Shown here piece by piece: positions 35,247 through 46,700 of a stretch of DNA of 64,000 nt. Each line of letters starts with the position of its first letter. Position 1 is the first letter of the stretch. The notes beneath the pieces were generated by a model. That model was not told the DNA's origin and made no database searches. It worked only from the letters and a program-made list of their open reading frames with translations. The DNA comes from a virus (taxonomy: Duplodnaviria > Caudoviricetes): IMG/VR virus record IMGVR_UViG_3300028025_003604, positions 1,923-65,922 of that record, one strand, 5' to 3'. Position numbers and translations under genes: made by a program.

Positions 35247-36005
35247 TTATACTGTTTGACCCGTAGAAGAGTCGAAGTCTATGTCAACAAACTTGATTGA
35301 TTTCAGTACTTGAGGTTGTGTGTAAACTACCATGGTTTTACAAAGCTCACCCCTAATAGTATCGCCAGTATATAACTTGTCATTGAAGTTACCTGCGGCA
35401 TTTGGGGACAACCTGTCTCTGAATAATTCAGAATAGTTGACACCTTCTTTGTTAGAGAACTCCAAGCCTACAAGATCTGTACTTTGAACATAAGGGACCT
35501 CAGTTCTTACATGCACACGGTCCGGCACATCACCCTCAATGGCGATGGTCTTGTAAGACTTTACCGTATTGCCAGCCTCACTGTGAGTAAGAGCTATACA
35601 TGTGTCACATAGCTGGCCATAGAATGTATTGTATGATCCATTGTGTATGTAGGGTTTGCCACCTTTAAAGGTTACTAACCTATTCCCAACCATGGTCATC
35701 CATTCAGGTCTGAAGCTGTACTGGGTGATCCACTTATCGATAAGAGGTTGGAACGCTATGGTCCCACCTTGGCCGTCATTAATATTATAGAATGATCTTA
35801 ATAGCTCAGTCACCACTACATTACCTGTACCAGACGTAGACGTCTCCAACCTGATCGTATTGGTTCCGTTAGAAACAAAGTATCCAGTCCCGCCATTGTT
35901 AATGATCTTTATGTTAGAATAAAAAACATTTACTCCGGCTGGCGCGGTTACCTTGTAGACTTTATCTATCGTGGTTGATATTGTTATATTGGTTATGTAT
36001 AGCAT
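35247..36005 (-). CDS. tail nozzle/stabilization protein, C-terminal part
   Basis: TIAF...KWITQYSFRPE...FKGG.PYIHN...FYG...KEG..Y resembles the C-terminus of crAss-like muzzle proteins. Confidence 0.6.
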   Translation of the reverse strand: MLYITNITISTTIDKVYKVTAPAGVNVFYSNIKIINNGGTGYFVSNGTNTIRLETSTSGTGNVVVTELLRSFYNINDGQGGTIAFQPLIDKWITQYSFRPEWMTMVGNRLVTFKGGKPYIHNGSYNTFYGQLCDTCIALTHSEAGNTVKSYKTIAIEGDVPDRVHVRTEVPYVQSTDLVGLEFSNKEGVNYSELFRDRLSPNAAGNFNDKLYTGDTIRGELCKTMVVYTQPQVLKSIKFVDIDFDSSTGQTV

Positions 36006-36006
36006 A

Positions 36007-39000
36007 TTAGCAGCTTGTTCTGGCTATGACGTAGCCGTCGTTATCTAATTGTACAGAGTATACAGCGCCAGTACCGTTAAGGCTAATAGCCAACCATTTG
36101 TTGTTCTGGCCTGTGATAGGATACTGTAATCCTGTATCGTTGTAGAGTCTTGTTACTCCGCTTGGGTGACCCTCTGCAGCGTACACATATCTAGCTGTGT
36201 TATAGTTAGGGCATGATGCGGCAGATGAATCATAGTAGTTAGCCTGTGCACCATAACCGTAGTATTGTGCAGGAGGTTGAACTGTAACGGTTCCGCTTAC
36301 TGCCACATTTGTAGAAGCACCACCACCAGCTACACCAACGTTTTCTGGACCCTTGGCACCAGCTGATCTGCCAGACTTTAATCTAACCCATACAGTATTG
36401 TTTGCAAGAGTTCCTGTTCCAGTGTATGGAAGAGTAACTACAGATCCACTAAACCCTTGAAGAGCGTTAGTAACTGAAACCTCAAAGTTTTGGGTGGCAG
36501 CTATTGCTATTGTTCCACCGCCTGCAGTAAGGTTAAATGCCTCAAGTGTAAACTGCTGTGCTATTGAAGGACCAAATCCTTCTACATAGTCTAGGCCAGT
36601 AATTACGCTAGGGGTAGCAACAATTCTAGGAGTTACGTTAACAGTTACATTACCGCTACAAACTACAGTGTCAGATAGTTCTGCATTCTGTGTTTGGCAG
36701 TTAATGACCTGAGAGTTATAGTTTCCAACAACTCTGCCTGACTTAAGCCTTACGTAGATCGTAGTTGAGATAGCCATGTTTGTTTCTGGTATTGAAACTG
36801 ACTGAGAGAATGTGGTATTGTTTAATGACACTTCGTAATCGGTAGTGCCAGTAACAGTTGCGATCATACCCGGTCTTAGGTTAGTCCCAGTAAGAACAAA
36901 TGTTTGAGATGTAGAAGGACCGAAGCCAACCTCATAGGTAAACCCTGTTAATGTTTCAGGGACAGCTACGAGTGTAGCCTGAGCCATTGTGTAAGAGTAA
37001 GTATTAGTACCCAACTCCATGTCTGTTAATATTTCGTTCTGAGGTATAACAGTCATCCTTGGCATGTTCATCAAGTACTCAGTATGGAACGGATCTACTC
37101 CACCAAGAACCCTTATAGGGAAATTATTATTCGCCAAGTTGTAAGTCTCTGGCGATTTAAAGTAGTTTAATATTTCTGCACCAAGAGTCCTGAAGTACTT
37201 CGTCATTTTTAAACGAGAGATCTCAGTTAAGCCTTGGCTATTATATCTAACCCAGCATCCTTTACTTGCATCAAAGAATAAAACCTCACCACTCCATTTG
37301 AAAACACTCTCTGGGTTAATGGTTCCGTAGCTACCTCTTAGGATATTTACTTGACCTATTACCCCCGAGCTCTTTGCAAGGAATGAAGAACCAGTAGCGT
37401 CGAATACTTGGGTTTCGCCAATGTATATAGATACGGTTTCTTGCTGACCAATTGCTAAAAGAACAGTTCCTTCAAACTGAACCTTAGATGTGTTTACTAA
37501 TTTTTCAACTGCACCTATCTCTAATGGTAGTATAAATATATTTAGAGAGTCAAATGATACAAGACCATTATTACCTGCGTTATAAACATTACTAAATATA
37601 CCACCTGTGTTTAATCTCTCTACTTTGCTAAGAGTCTCAACTGTAGCACGGCCAGTATTATCAGCCCATACAGTATAGATCTTGTCATTGTAGTTCATGG
37701 TCTCTACTAAGTACGTAGTGTTGTCAGGACGTGTTCTTAATTTCAACGTCACATCACCGGCAGTAGTAGAGAATAAATCTCCGTAAGTTCTTGTAGCAGT
37801 ACCCGGATTTAGGATAGCTGTCTTATTGGCGATCTCGTAGAATATTTCATTGTTTGAAATTTCTTTCGGAGTATACACCTCAACAATCACCTCATCGTTA
37901 GATGTAAGTGGGTTGCTGATTAGAACGTATTCAACGATAATAAAATCTGAATAAACATCTAATACTCTAGACGTATACTTAACTAGGCCATTGTAAATGT
38001 TTACAAGGTCGCCCTGCTGGTAAGCATACCCCTGACCGAACAATGTCAAGTCAGACATCTTTATAGCTAGACCAAACACCTTTACGTTGGTTGTGTCTAA
38101 ACCTAAAACATATTCACCAGCGTCGTTCTTTGATACGACCCTTAACTCTGATGATTTAAATTGCTGGAAGAATCCAGTTCTCTTATTCTTAGTTCTTACG
38201 ATTGAGAAGTACTTAGCCCAATCTGGTATTTCGTTTATTGCGTTTGCGTTACTTAAAGTCCAGTTGATACCAATGGCGAACTGACTGTTAGTTTCTGTTC
38301 TGTCTGGAACAGTTATAGATGGACCACCAACTACACCACAAGCTCTTCCTGCATCATCATAGAATACTACGCCATACTTATAACTGGTGCCGCTTTTAAA
38401 TACAGGCATACCGTTAGATCCGGCAGTATTAGATAATGATAATGTTAGTGAGGTTGTGATTGGAGAATCATATCCTAATAAGACGTCACCCATAAACAAT
38501 CTATTCTTAGAAAGTTCAAGGGTGCCAGCTAATCTAGGGACACTGTCAAATGGCTTAGCAGCTGCAGCGTCATCTACATAGATACCTAAAGTATTACTGA
38601 AGAAACTAAATTCTAATGGGGTAGTACCTGCGTTATGTGCAGCAATGGCAGCAGCATCTTTGGTTGCATACCAAGTATGAACGATAGCTGTCTTACCACT
38701 TAGGCTATACTTAACAGCAGCTTCGATCTGATCAATATCTGATGGGATCTTTTGCTCTAGAGGTATGAAGAATTTTAGGTAACCAAGATTACCTGCTGTT
38801 TCAAATGTCTCAGAGTAAATACTGAATGTACTATACTCTTTATCTTTATAAACAAACCTGTATGTACCTTGGTATACATCGAAATTCAAATCATCAGAGC
38901 TATTGTAAAAACCAATAGTTAATGGATATACAGGCTGAGGTCTTATGATTGTAAGTGCGGACTGGGTAACCGGTACGGCATATACACCCTCTGTACCTGA

Positions 39001-39501
39001 GTAGGTAGGGTGGTTTGTTTTGATACCTCTCTCTAGATTAATTCTTCTTGGCTCGTTATAGTCGTCAGTCCAGAAAAGAATATTATCTATGTAGGTAATA
39101 CTGTGGATGAATTTATTTCTTTGGAAGTTTAAACCTCCAGTTATATCTGAATTTTTAAATACAGTGTATATTAAATCTGTATCGAAGTCGTAGCAGTATA
39201 TGCCATGTGTACCTGAAGAGTTCCAGTTAAACCACACGATCCTTCTGTTAGCGGTATCTTCGTATGCACCTATAGCTTCGTTTGTGCCAGACGGTAATAC
39301 AAATGTGATTCTAGCGCCAGCATCATTAATAGTTTCAGTCTTTTCAACATTACCCTCAACGTTAGACACCTTGCCCACTTGACCTTTCTCACTGGTAGCA
39401 AAACGTATATTAAGACCACCAAGGTATTCCTTGGGATCTAAAAGGTATTCAGAGTCATCTGTATTGAGACCCCCTATTAAAAGCTTCTTGGTTATGGGCA
39501 T
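36007..39501 (-). CDS. tail nozzle/stabilization protein, N-terminal part with appended Ig-like repeats
   Basis: GGLNTDD...GN, LFWTDDYNEPRRIN, YKYGVVFYDDAGR, YGTINPES; two YEVGFGPS/YVEGFGPS repeats. Confidence 0.75.
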   Translation of the reverse strand: MPITKKLLIGGLNTDDSEYLLDPKEYLGGLNIRFATSEKGQVGKVSNVEGNVEKTETINDAGARITFVLPSGTNEAIGAYEDTANRRIVWFNWNSSGTHGIYCYDFDTDLIYTVFKNSDITGGLNFQRNKFIHSITYIDNILFWTDDYNEPRRINLERGIKTNHPTYSGTEGVYAVPVTQSALTIIRPQPVYPLTIGFYNSSDDLNFDVYQGTYRFVYKDKEYSTFSIYSETFETAGNLGYLKFFIPLEQKIPSDIDQIEAAVKYSLSGKTAIVHTWYATKDAAAIAAHNAGTTPLEFSFFSNTLGIYVDDAAAAKPFDSVPRLAGTLELSKNRLFMGDVLLGYDSPITTSLTLSLSNTAGSNGMPVFKSGTSYKYGVVFYDDAGRACGVVGGPSITVPDRTETNSQFAIGINWTLSNANAINEIPDWAKYFSIVRTKNKRTGFFQQFKSSELRVVSKNDAGEYVLGLDTTNVKVFGLAIKMSDLTLFGQGYAYQQGDLVNIYNGLVKYTSRVLDVYSDFIIVEYVLISNPLTSNDEVIVEVYTPKEISNNEIFYEIANKTAILNPGTATRTYGDLFSTTAGDVTLKLRTRPDNTTYLVETMNYNDKIYTVWADNTGRATVETLSKVERLNTGGIFSNVYNAGNNGLVSFDSLNIFILPLEIGAVEKLVNTSKVQFEGTVLLAIGQQETVSIYIGETQVFDATGSSFLAKSSGVIGQVNILRGSYGTINPESVFKWSGEVLFFDASKGCWVRYNSQGLTEISRLKMTKYFRTLGAEILNYFKSPETYNLANNNFPIRVLGGVDPFHTEYLMNMPRMTVIPQNEILTDMELGTNTYSYTMAQATLVAVPETLTGFTYEVGFGPSTSQTFVLTGTNLRPGMIATVTGTTDYEVSLNNTTFSQSVSIPETNMAISTTIYVRLKSGRVVGNYNSQVINCQTQNAELSDTVVCSGNVTVNVTPRIVATPSVITGLDYVEGFGPSIAQQFTLEAFNLTAGGGTIAIAATQNFEVSVTNALQGFSGSVVTLPYTGTGTLANNTVWVRLKSGRSAGAKGPENVGVAGGGASTNVAVSGTVTVQPPAQYYGYGAQANYYDSSAASCPNYNTARYVYAAEGHPSGVTRLYNDTGLQYPITGQNNKWLAISLNGTGAVYSVQLDNDGYVIARTSC

Positions 39502-39503
39502 AA

Positions 39504-40262
39504 TTAGTTTTTAATGGTAGGACCATACCCGATTGCTAGAGATCTTCTTATATCGTTCACATCGATTGGGTTCAGTCTACCTTTCAATATTCTTAATTGG
39601 TTATAAAACTCATCCTTAGATTCCATACGATCGCCTTGTGTATATGCACGGCTATTCGCTTTCATCTTCCAAATGATATATGCTTCGATTGTAGCAGCGG
39701 CGTAAGGATGGATAGCATTAGATGCGCTGATAGTTAGACCATCAGTCAGGTAGTCCATGGTAATTTCTGTACCGGTATAGCTAACATCTAATTGAATTTC
39801 ATTGCGCTCTCTGATGATCTGGAATGAATGTCGAAAAGAAGGCTGAGCATTGTAGAGTCTACCAGTGAGTTCGCCTTTATCATTAGCGTAATTTGTATAC
39901 CAGAGTCCATCAAAATTGGCTGGTAAGTAATAGTTTTGAGACTCCACATCTGGGTAAGGTATTTTATTGCCTTGCGCGTCAAACTTATTCAGGCGGTTAA
40001 AAGATTCTTTCGGACCCCATGGATCAATATACTGGCCAAGCTCATTACCAACCCTGATATAATCAACGAAGTCGATAGGTAGGGTACAAGCCTTGTAGCT
40101 ATTCACCGGTAGTCTTGCGCTCTTTACATTCTGCAATACGTCCATGTTCAGCTCACGAAGACACTGAACACCGTAGTGAAGGAAGTTTAAATAGAAGTGC
40201 ATTGGATAGCCTCTGCTCATCAATGTGCCTCTAACAATATTATCTAAGGTATATAGCTTCAT
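39504..40262 (-). CDS. tail ring/adaptor protein
   Basis: LRELNMD...LPIDFVDY; podovirus ring-protein position. Confidence 0.65.
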   Translation of the reverse strand: MKLYTLDNIVRGTLMSRGYPMHFYLNFLHYGVQCLRELNMDVLQNVKSARLPVNSYKACTLPIDFVDYIRVGNELGQYIDPWGPKESFNRLNKFDAQGNKIPYPDVESQNYYLPANFDGLWYTNYANDKGELTGRLYNAQPSFRHSFQIIRERNEIQLDVSYTGTEITMDYLTDGLTISASNAIHPYAAATIEAYIIWKMKANSRAYTQGDRMESKDEFYNQLRILKGRLNPIDVNDIRRSLAIGYGPTIKN

Positions 40263-40873
40263 TAGTCGTTAGTTATTTTATCCGCTGGCGGAGTTTGTAC
40301 AAGAATGTTATAAACAGTCTGAACGATCATCGCCTCCATATCTGAAGAGATAGGAAGAGTTTCGTAATCCGTTACAGTGTTAAGGTCAACGCCAACAAGT
40401 CTGATAAACACATTGTTTATACCTAGTCCCGGTAGGTTCTTAGTGAACACTACATCCTTACCAAATACTTCGTACCCGATAAGACCACTGAGTTCGCCAA
40501 GTAATACCTGTGGTTTTACGATACCATATAATCCTGATGGGATCGGTATGAATGGTTCGTCAATAGCATCTGTTCTAGAGATATGAAACACGCCCATATT
40601 CCTTGGTAGGTTTATTGGCATAGATGGAAGTACAGCTTTACTTACTCCTTTGTATACAGTTACAGGAACAGACTCATAAGTATAAATCATGCAGTTCGGG
40701 GGAATAGTATCACCATCCGCCATATTAACCTGAAAGAATTCTGTCTTCAGTAACTGATTAGCTACCTGCTCTATTAAAAGCTTGACATCATTTTTCTGCA
40801 CACGAGCTTGAATCACAGGGTTACCTGCAATCAATCTTTGTATCTGTTCTGCTATTTTAAATTTAGTAGTCAT
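40262..40873 (-). CDS. tail ring/adaptor protein
   Basis: Synteny; LP..PI.LP...PISSDME. Confidence 0.6.
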   Translation of the reverse strand: MTTKFKIAEQIQRLIAGNPVIQARVQKNDVKLLIEQVANQLLKTEFFQVNMADGDTIPPNCMIYTYESVPVTVYKGVSKAVLPSMPINLPRNMGVFHISRTDAIDEPFIPIPSGLYGIVKPQVLLGELSGLIGYEVFGKDVVFTKNLPGLGINNVFIRLVGVDLNTVTDYETLPISSDMEAMIVQTVYNILVQTPPADKITND

Positions 40874-41577
40874 TATTGCCCCTGTTGGTTTTTAATCTCA
40901 GCAAACTGAATCACTTCTTGAGATTGAAGATTCAATCCGTAATACGACAGCGCCTTAATAATTACATTGTTTATGTCAGCCTCATTCCACTCTAGCTGAG
41001 TAGAAGAACCAGAGTTGTAAGTGATCGTTCTGCCTGACTGAGTGTAGGCGAATACTGGAACAGCTGGTCTCTTAAAGTAGTACACACGACCCGGCTGTGG
41101 TTGCTCTGGGAATAACTGGATCTTCTTAGCTGCATTCATGATACAGATCGGATCTTCATAGCTCACAGGGATAACCTGACTTTCTAATCTCTCGATTAAC
41201 TCCTCTTCGTTTAACACCTGTACTGGGTTAACTACGTTACGTCCTAATGACTGTATAAACTGGGTAGTATATAAAGCGATCAGGTGCATGTAGTCTGAAG
41301 GGAGGGTGATAACTCCACCGGGAGTGTCGTTGTTTGTGAACGTGTATGTCTTCTTGAAAGGAGACAATGCGTCGTCCATACGCTGGCTATCTCCATATCC
41401 GGGGACAGGAGCCTTAGCTTGACGTGTATTGTAAAGCTTAGGGTTAGCGTGGTATTCATTGAATAGCGCCATCTGAGCTCTATCTAAAACCTCATCAATC
41501 TCGGCATGGGTAATAAAACCTTGCTGAGCCTTGTTAAGGTAGAAGAGGATGACGTTATGTATATCTTGTATGTTCAT
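40873..41577 (-). CDS. tail ring/head-tail connector protein
   Basis: LNK.QQGFIT..E....AQ, LPSDY, YFKRP. Confidence 0.65.
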   Translation of the reverse strand: MNIQDIHNVILFYLNKAQQGFITHAEIDEVLDRAQMALFNEYHANPKLYNTRQAKAPVPGYGDSQRMDDALSPFKKTYTFTNNDTPGGVITLPSDYMHLIALYTTQFIQSLGRNVVNPVQVLNEEELIERLESQVIPVSYEDPICIMNAAKKIQLFPEQPQPGRVYYFKRPAVPVFAYTQSGRTITYNSGSSTQLEWNEADINNVIIKALSYYGLNLQSQEVIQFAEIKNQQGQ

Positions 41578-41894
41578 TAGAACCTGTTATTAGGGATGTT
41601 AACTGTCTTGCCGATCTGTGATCCTTCTCTCCAATTCTTATCGTTGATATAAGCCTTTGGGCTTTTGTTCCCTGCGTGTCTGGCGAAGTAGCTCTTTACC
41701 TGTCCAGCAGACTTACCACCCTTGGTACCCCACTTGCCACGGTGCTTAGCCTCACCACCCTTAAGTGTGATCTCACGACCAGTCTTAGGATTGATGCCGG
41801 TAGCCTTCCATGCGTGCTTACCATCTTTTGCTGCTGATACTTTAAATAAAGACATTGACCAATTTGAATATTTGTTTGCGGAATACGATGACAC
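41577..41894 (-). CDS. small basic protein
   Basis: KSYFARH motif; Lys/Gly-rich. Confidence 0.55.
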   Translation of the reverse strand: MSSYSANKYSNWSMSLFKVSAAKDGKHAWKATGINPKTGREITLKGGEAKHRGKWGTKGGKSAGQVKSYFARHAGNKSPKAYINDKNWREGSQIGKTVNIPNNRF

Positions 41895-42390
41895 CTGCGA
41901 TGGCTATAATGCCCCAGAACTTTAGGGCAAGGTTGCGGTTCTCTTTCTTTAATTCGCGGTTTGCGATCTGCGAATCACTTAGCAGTTTGATGTAGGCTGA
42001 GATAGCTGTATCTCTCTTGGTTATGTCGCCCTTAAGAATATTCTCGTAGGCTTTATCTCGAATGTTATTTGTCTTAGTTATGGTACGGAGGATTTGCTTT
42101 TCCTTGCATTTATGCTGGTAGGTTAATACCCCCGAACTGATTCTAATCAAGGTTCCGTCTGGTAGGTTCTTTTCAAAATCACTACACGGAACTTGTATTT
42201 TATTCTCTATAATAGAGTCCTTATAAACAATAGAATCCTTAGTGGTCTCTATTGTTATAGTATCATTTACACATGCACCGCTGCGAATCACAGCTTCCTT
42301 TACTTGCTCAAATTTTTCACGATCATTAAGAACACGCTTGACTGGATTGCATCCTATTAACAATATAAATATTAATGCTGCGATCCTCAT
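41842..42390 (-). CDS. lipoprotein with C-terminal TM helix (unimolecular-spanin-like)
   Basis: Lipobox LLIGC after a hydrophobic signal; C-terminal FWGIIAIAGVIVF. Confidence 0.6.
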   Translation of the reverse strand: MRIAALIFILLIGCNPVKRVLNDREKFEQVKEAVIRSGACVNDTITIETTKDSIVYKDSIIENKIQVPCSDFEKNLPDGTLIRISSGVLTYQHKCKEKQILRTITKTNNIRDKAYENILKGDITKRDTAISAYIKLLSDSQIANRELKKENRNLALKFWGIIAIAGVIVFRKQIFKLVNVFI

Positions 42391-42677
42391 TTACTTATTG
42401 CTCTTAACGTTGTGATAAAGTATTCTATAATGAGACCCAATGAAACAATCGCCGATACGGTATAGATTATTTTCTTCTTGAAGTCTCTTAGGTCTTCAAT
42501 CTCTTTTTCTAGGTGACTGATCTTACTTACAAGACCTGCACCCTTACCCATGAGTGGATTTCCAACCAATGCTTCTACGACTTGGTTTAACTTACTGTCG
42601 ATATTATCGATCTTAGATTCTAATTCTGTCAATCTATTATCCATTTTTTCTAGCTCTGATTGGAAATCCTTCTCCAT
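42387..42677 (-). CDS. coiled-coil membrane protein (holin/lysis accessory-like)
   Basis: Coiled coil followed by a C-terminal TM helix. Confidence 0.55.
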   Translation of the reverse strand: MEKDFQSELEKMDNRLTELESKIDNIDSKLNQVVEALVGNPLMGKGAGLVSKISHLEKEIEDLRDFKKKIIYTVSAIVSLGLIIEYFITTLRAISK

Positions 42678-42682
42678 GATAA

Positions 42683-42961
42683 TTAGTCCTTAAATGAACT
42701 CAAGATCTGAGCCTTTGCAAGCACAGTCAATTGTTCGTTTGTTTTTACGAAATCTTTAAGGGTACCTTCATCAGACTTGTCTAGATCCAAAGTTTCACCG
42801 TTGTAAATCTTCTGGGCCCAAGTAAACATCTTTAAGGCATCACCTTTGTTCGCCCCTGCTAACTGGCTAGCTAATAGCTTACCCACAGGTAGCGATTCGT
42901 TCTTCTCGTCTTTCACTTCTTTGCCATCAAGGCCAACAAGTGGTTGGTTAAAATCTAACAT
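42683..42961 (-). CDS. hypothetical tail-associated protein
   Basis: Follows the tail-fibre genes; -7 TAATTTTG promoter at 42992-42999. Confidence 0.65.
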   Translation of the reverse strand: MLDFNQPLVGLDGKEVKDEKNESLPVGKLLASQLAGANKGDALKMFTWAQKIYNGETLDLDKSDEGTLKDFVKTNEQLTVLAKAQILSSFKD

Positions 42962-43033
42962 AGATTGTTATTTGGTTTAAAAATTGATGCACAAAATTAC
43001 CCATGATGTTATCCAAACAGGGGAAATTTACCC

Positions 43034-43258
43034 CTAGATAATTGTGAGGTTCAGTTGTGCTGCGGCCCAGTTCCACCGGTTGGTATTACCCTCGGTGTAG
43101 CTGCCACCCGACATGGTCAGGTTACCGGCAATGCCGCCTAGATTGTAGTAGAATTTTGCTGTTTCCGTTAGGTCATCGAAGGTGCAGTATAACTGCAGTT
43201 GGGTTACAGTAACGGATTGTCCGTTTAACCAGATATTAACTGGCGAAATAGTCTTCAT
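43034..43258 (-). CDS. tail-fibre accessory protein
   Basis: MKTISPVNIW...GNLTM...WAAAQLNLTI. Confidence 0.6.
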   Translation of the reverse strand: MKTISPVNIWLNGQSVTVTQLQLYCTFDDLTETAKFYYNLGGIAGNLTMSGGSYTEGNTNRWNWAAAQLNLTII

Positions 43259-43293
43259 GGTTGGCGTGCTCCTTCACACGCAGGGGTTTTAAA

Positions 43294-43698
43294 TTATGCT
43301 GTCGGTTCTGATAGGTCTGGGGTAGGTTCTGGAGTTGGCTCAGGGGTTGGTTCTGGAGTTGGGGTTGGCGTTGGAGCCCATGGTAATGGAGGAGAAACGA
43401 TCGGAGGGTTAATTAGGTTAGCTATTTGCTTATCTAAATTAGCATCTAAAGCTTCCATATCCATTGAGCTTTCTAACCAGCCACATACGATCTCAAACGT
43501 TAGGTCCTCGTAAGGAATAAAGTTTGTTACGTTTTCAGCGCTGAATGACTGAGCACCATACACATCTGCATTGTACTCTTTTTCTCCTACTACTTCATGA
43601 GCCTGTCTGCGCCAATGGCAAACTACCACGAAGTCTTTTAAGTCGCCATCTTGAGGCAAACAATCTAATTGGGATACGACCCAGTTCTTAGTACTCAT
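43294..43698 (-). CDS. tail-fibre accessory protein with PEPT tail
   Basis: FIPYEDLT.E.V.GW...LPW then PTPEPT repeats. Confidence 0.65.
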   Translation of the reverse strand: MSTKNWVVSQLDCLPQDGDLKDFVVVCHWRRQAHEVVGEKEYNADVYGAQSFSAENVTNFIPYEDLTFEIVCGWLESSMDMEALDANLDKQIANLINPPIVSPPLPWAPTPTPTPEPTPEPTPEPTPDLSEPTA

Positions 43699-43700
43699 TC

Positions 43701-46700
43701 TTATTTATTTAATTGTGATTTTAATTCGTTGATTAGAGTGCGCTGTTCATTAAGCTGAACCTGCTGCTCTTTGATTGCATTAACCAATGTTACCCAGATA
43801 CCTTCAGATTCTAAACCTAAATAATCTTCTGAACCTAATAGTCTTACCATATCAGGCATTACTTCCTTAACCTCCTGAGCGATGAAACCATACTTTAATC
43901 TAGCCTTAGTTAAATCATCATTGTAGTAGAATGTTTTAGGGTTTAATTGAAGCACTTCGTTTAGACCGTAGGTTAAAGGCTTGATGGTGTTCTTAAGTCT
44001 GAAGTCTGATGGATTGGTATTAGTAATAAAACCTGCATTTGAGTACAAAGCTCCAGTACTTAAGTTACCTGCGTATACCTGACCAAATGCTGCTGTACCA
44101 TTTGCGTATAAAACGGCTCCTTGAGTGGTTGCTGTAGCATTAATACAGATTGCTCCACCCTCAGTAATTCTCATACGCTCAACAAACGTTGTACCAAATG
44201 TATTTCCTGCACTTTCGTTGTGAACATAAAATACCATCGCTGAACCCCAGCCTGTAGTTCTAATACCCCTTATACCTGCTGTAATTACGTCCTCATTTTG
44301 GAATTGCAATAATCCACCATGCCCTGAAGTGTATGTGTCAGTTTTAGTAAAGATGTTTATACCATTTCCAAGAGCTCCAGCTCCTGTTGACAGACTGAGT
44401 AACACTTGACCTGCACTTGTTATGCGCATACGTTCTGCCCAACTTCCGCTGTATGTATTAAATACTAAATCATTTGTACTTCCACTTCCCGGACCACTTA
44501 ATCCAATCGATGCGGCATAGGTTGGTGTAGCATCTTTATAAAACTCAAGGTGGCCACCTTGTAGCAATGCACCTGCCGTGCTTACTGTTGATACTATATG
44601 CAATTTACCATTTGGATTTGTAGTTCCAATTCCAACATTACCACCACTTGTTATGCGCATACGTTCACTTAACGAACCACCGCTTGCAGTTCTAAACCAC
44701 AAATCAGCTGCGTTAGTAGACTCGCCACCATTTTGTATTGATAAACCAAAAGAAGCTCCGGGCTTAATGGCACCATTTGTGTTATGGGAAATCATTATAG
44801 CCGTTGCTGAAGATGTGTTAATCCCTGTGTTAACATCTAAGACGGTATTAGGATTTGTAGTGCCTATACCAACATTGCCTAGTTGAGTAATCCTCATCCT
44901 TTCAACAGGAGAATTAGCTTGATATTGGCTTGTTGTACTAAAGGATAGATAACCTGCATAAAAATACCCATCCGTACCGTATGCTATTTTAGCTAAAGCA
45001 TAATTAGAAGGATATGTATTATTAAAGTAGATTGAACTGTTTTCAGCAGAAGTTGAATAGTTAACCGTAGTTAATGAAGCAACGCCATTTACATCTAATG
45101 TATATAATGGACTCGAAGTGTTTATACCTACATTACCATTTGCCGTAATACGCATACGCTCTAAAGAACTACCACTACCATTGTGTGTTCCAAAGGCCAT
45201 TGCCCCATGACCATTGTTCCCTCCAGAGTTTGAAATCACTTTTATAAAACCTGTTGGGACTCCTGATGTATACCCAGCGTCACCATAAAAATTCAACTGC
45301 GCTCCTTGAACTCCAAATGCTGCTCCTCCAGCCATATTCCTAATTGATGCTACAGTATATCCTGATGAGTTACTTGACGCTGCGACAAATGTTCCATAAG
45401 CTGCATCTGTAGATCCAATCAATACATTCCCCCCACTTGTTATGCGCATACGTTCTGCGTTGTTCGTGCCAAATACTAAAGCATTATTTGAACTATTTTG
45501 CAATGTTACTAATCCACCATTTGATTTTAATTGACCTGTGTAAACAGCATTATCAACTAAATCTATTCTTGGAGTGCTTGAAGTTCTTGCTAGTTCTAAT
45601 CCATATCCAGTTCCATCTGCTGCATTACCAATACCAATCATACCTGCTGATGTTATGCGCATACGTTCGGTATTGTCTGTTCCGAAGATAACAGGGTCAG
45701 CAGTTAATGAACCTATAAGTAATCCTGCACTGCTTGTTCCACTTGATAATAAGGCAGTATAATTACCTGCAAATAACCCAAATACAGTAAATCCAAAACC
45801 CGATGAATAAGTAGTAAATTGTCCAAGACTACCAATATTATTTTCAACATAAATTCTTGCCGTTGCTGCCGCACCTGAATTTAAGTTTATTGACCTTATT
45901 GTATTTTCACTATTAACATTTGAACTGACATCTAACTTATATGTATCATTAGTGTTTCCTATTGATAAATTACCTGAAGCGTTTAACGTCATAGCTTGGG
46001 TAAAGGATATAGCGTTACCTGCCGTTCCTGAAGAGGCTTGATACCAAAGATGTGTGCTTCCGTCTTGCACATAGGCACTTGCGGAATTGCTTGTTATATA
46101 CTTGTAACCACCATCATAATAGGAATTATTAAATACTATTGTCCCAAATGTTCCACTATTTGCTAAAGCACCTGAATTACCAAATTGAAATGCTTTTACA
46201 TTTGTTCCACTCCATGCACTCGGTGTAACTCCTAATCCTATTGCATTGGTTCCCTCTTGTAAAATACTATTCCCTATTGTACTTGTACCTGTAAACTTAG
46301 GTAGGTAGTTTGTAGTACCTGTACCAGAGACATTGCCAACAGTCCAGCTTCTATCAGCAGACAAATCAAAGGTAGTGCCGTTGATAGTTAGTGTTCTCGA
46401 GTTAAGGGTATAAGGAGCTAGTGCAGCAGAGGTAATGTACCCCTGTGATGTTACAAACGACTGAGTAGCATATGCGGTTGAAATTGATAGTATACCAAAG
46501 GCATCAGACACTACAACACCGCTTGTGAATGTTGGCACCTGAACCTGACCTGTGGTTCTAATTACAAAAGCATTATTGTTAGCAGCAACTCCAAAGGTTA
46601 AATTACCTGCGGCATTTGTTGCCTGTATGTAGTTAATACCAGCAGTTGTAAACGAAAGCTGTGAGTCTAAAGTAAGTATACCTGTGAATCTACCAGTACC

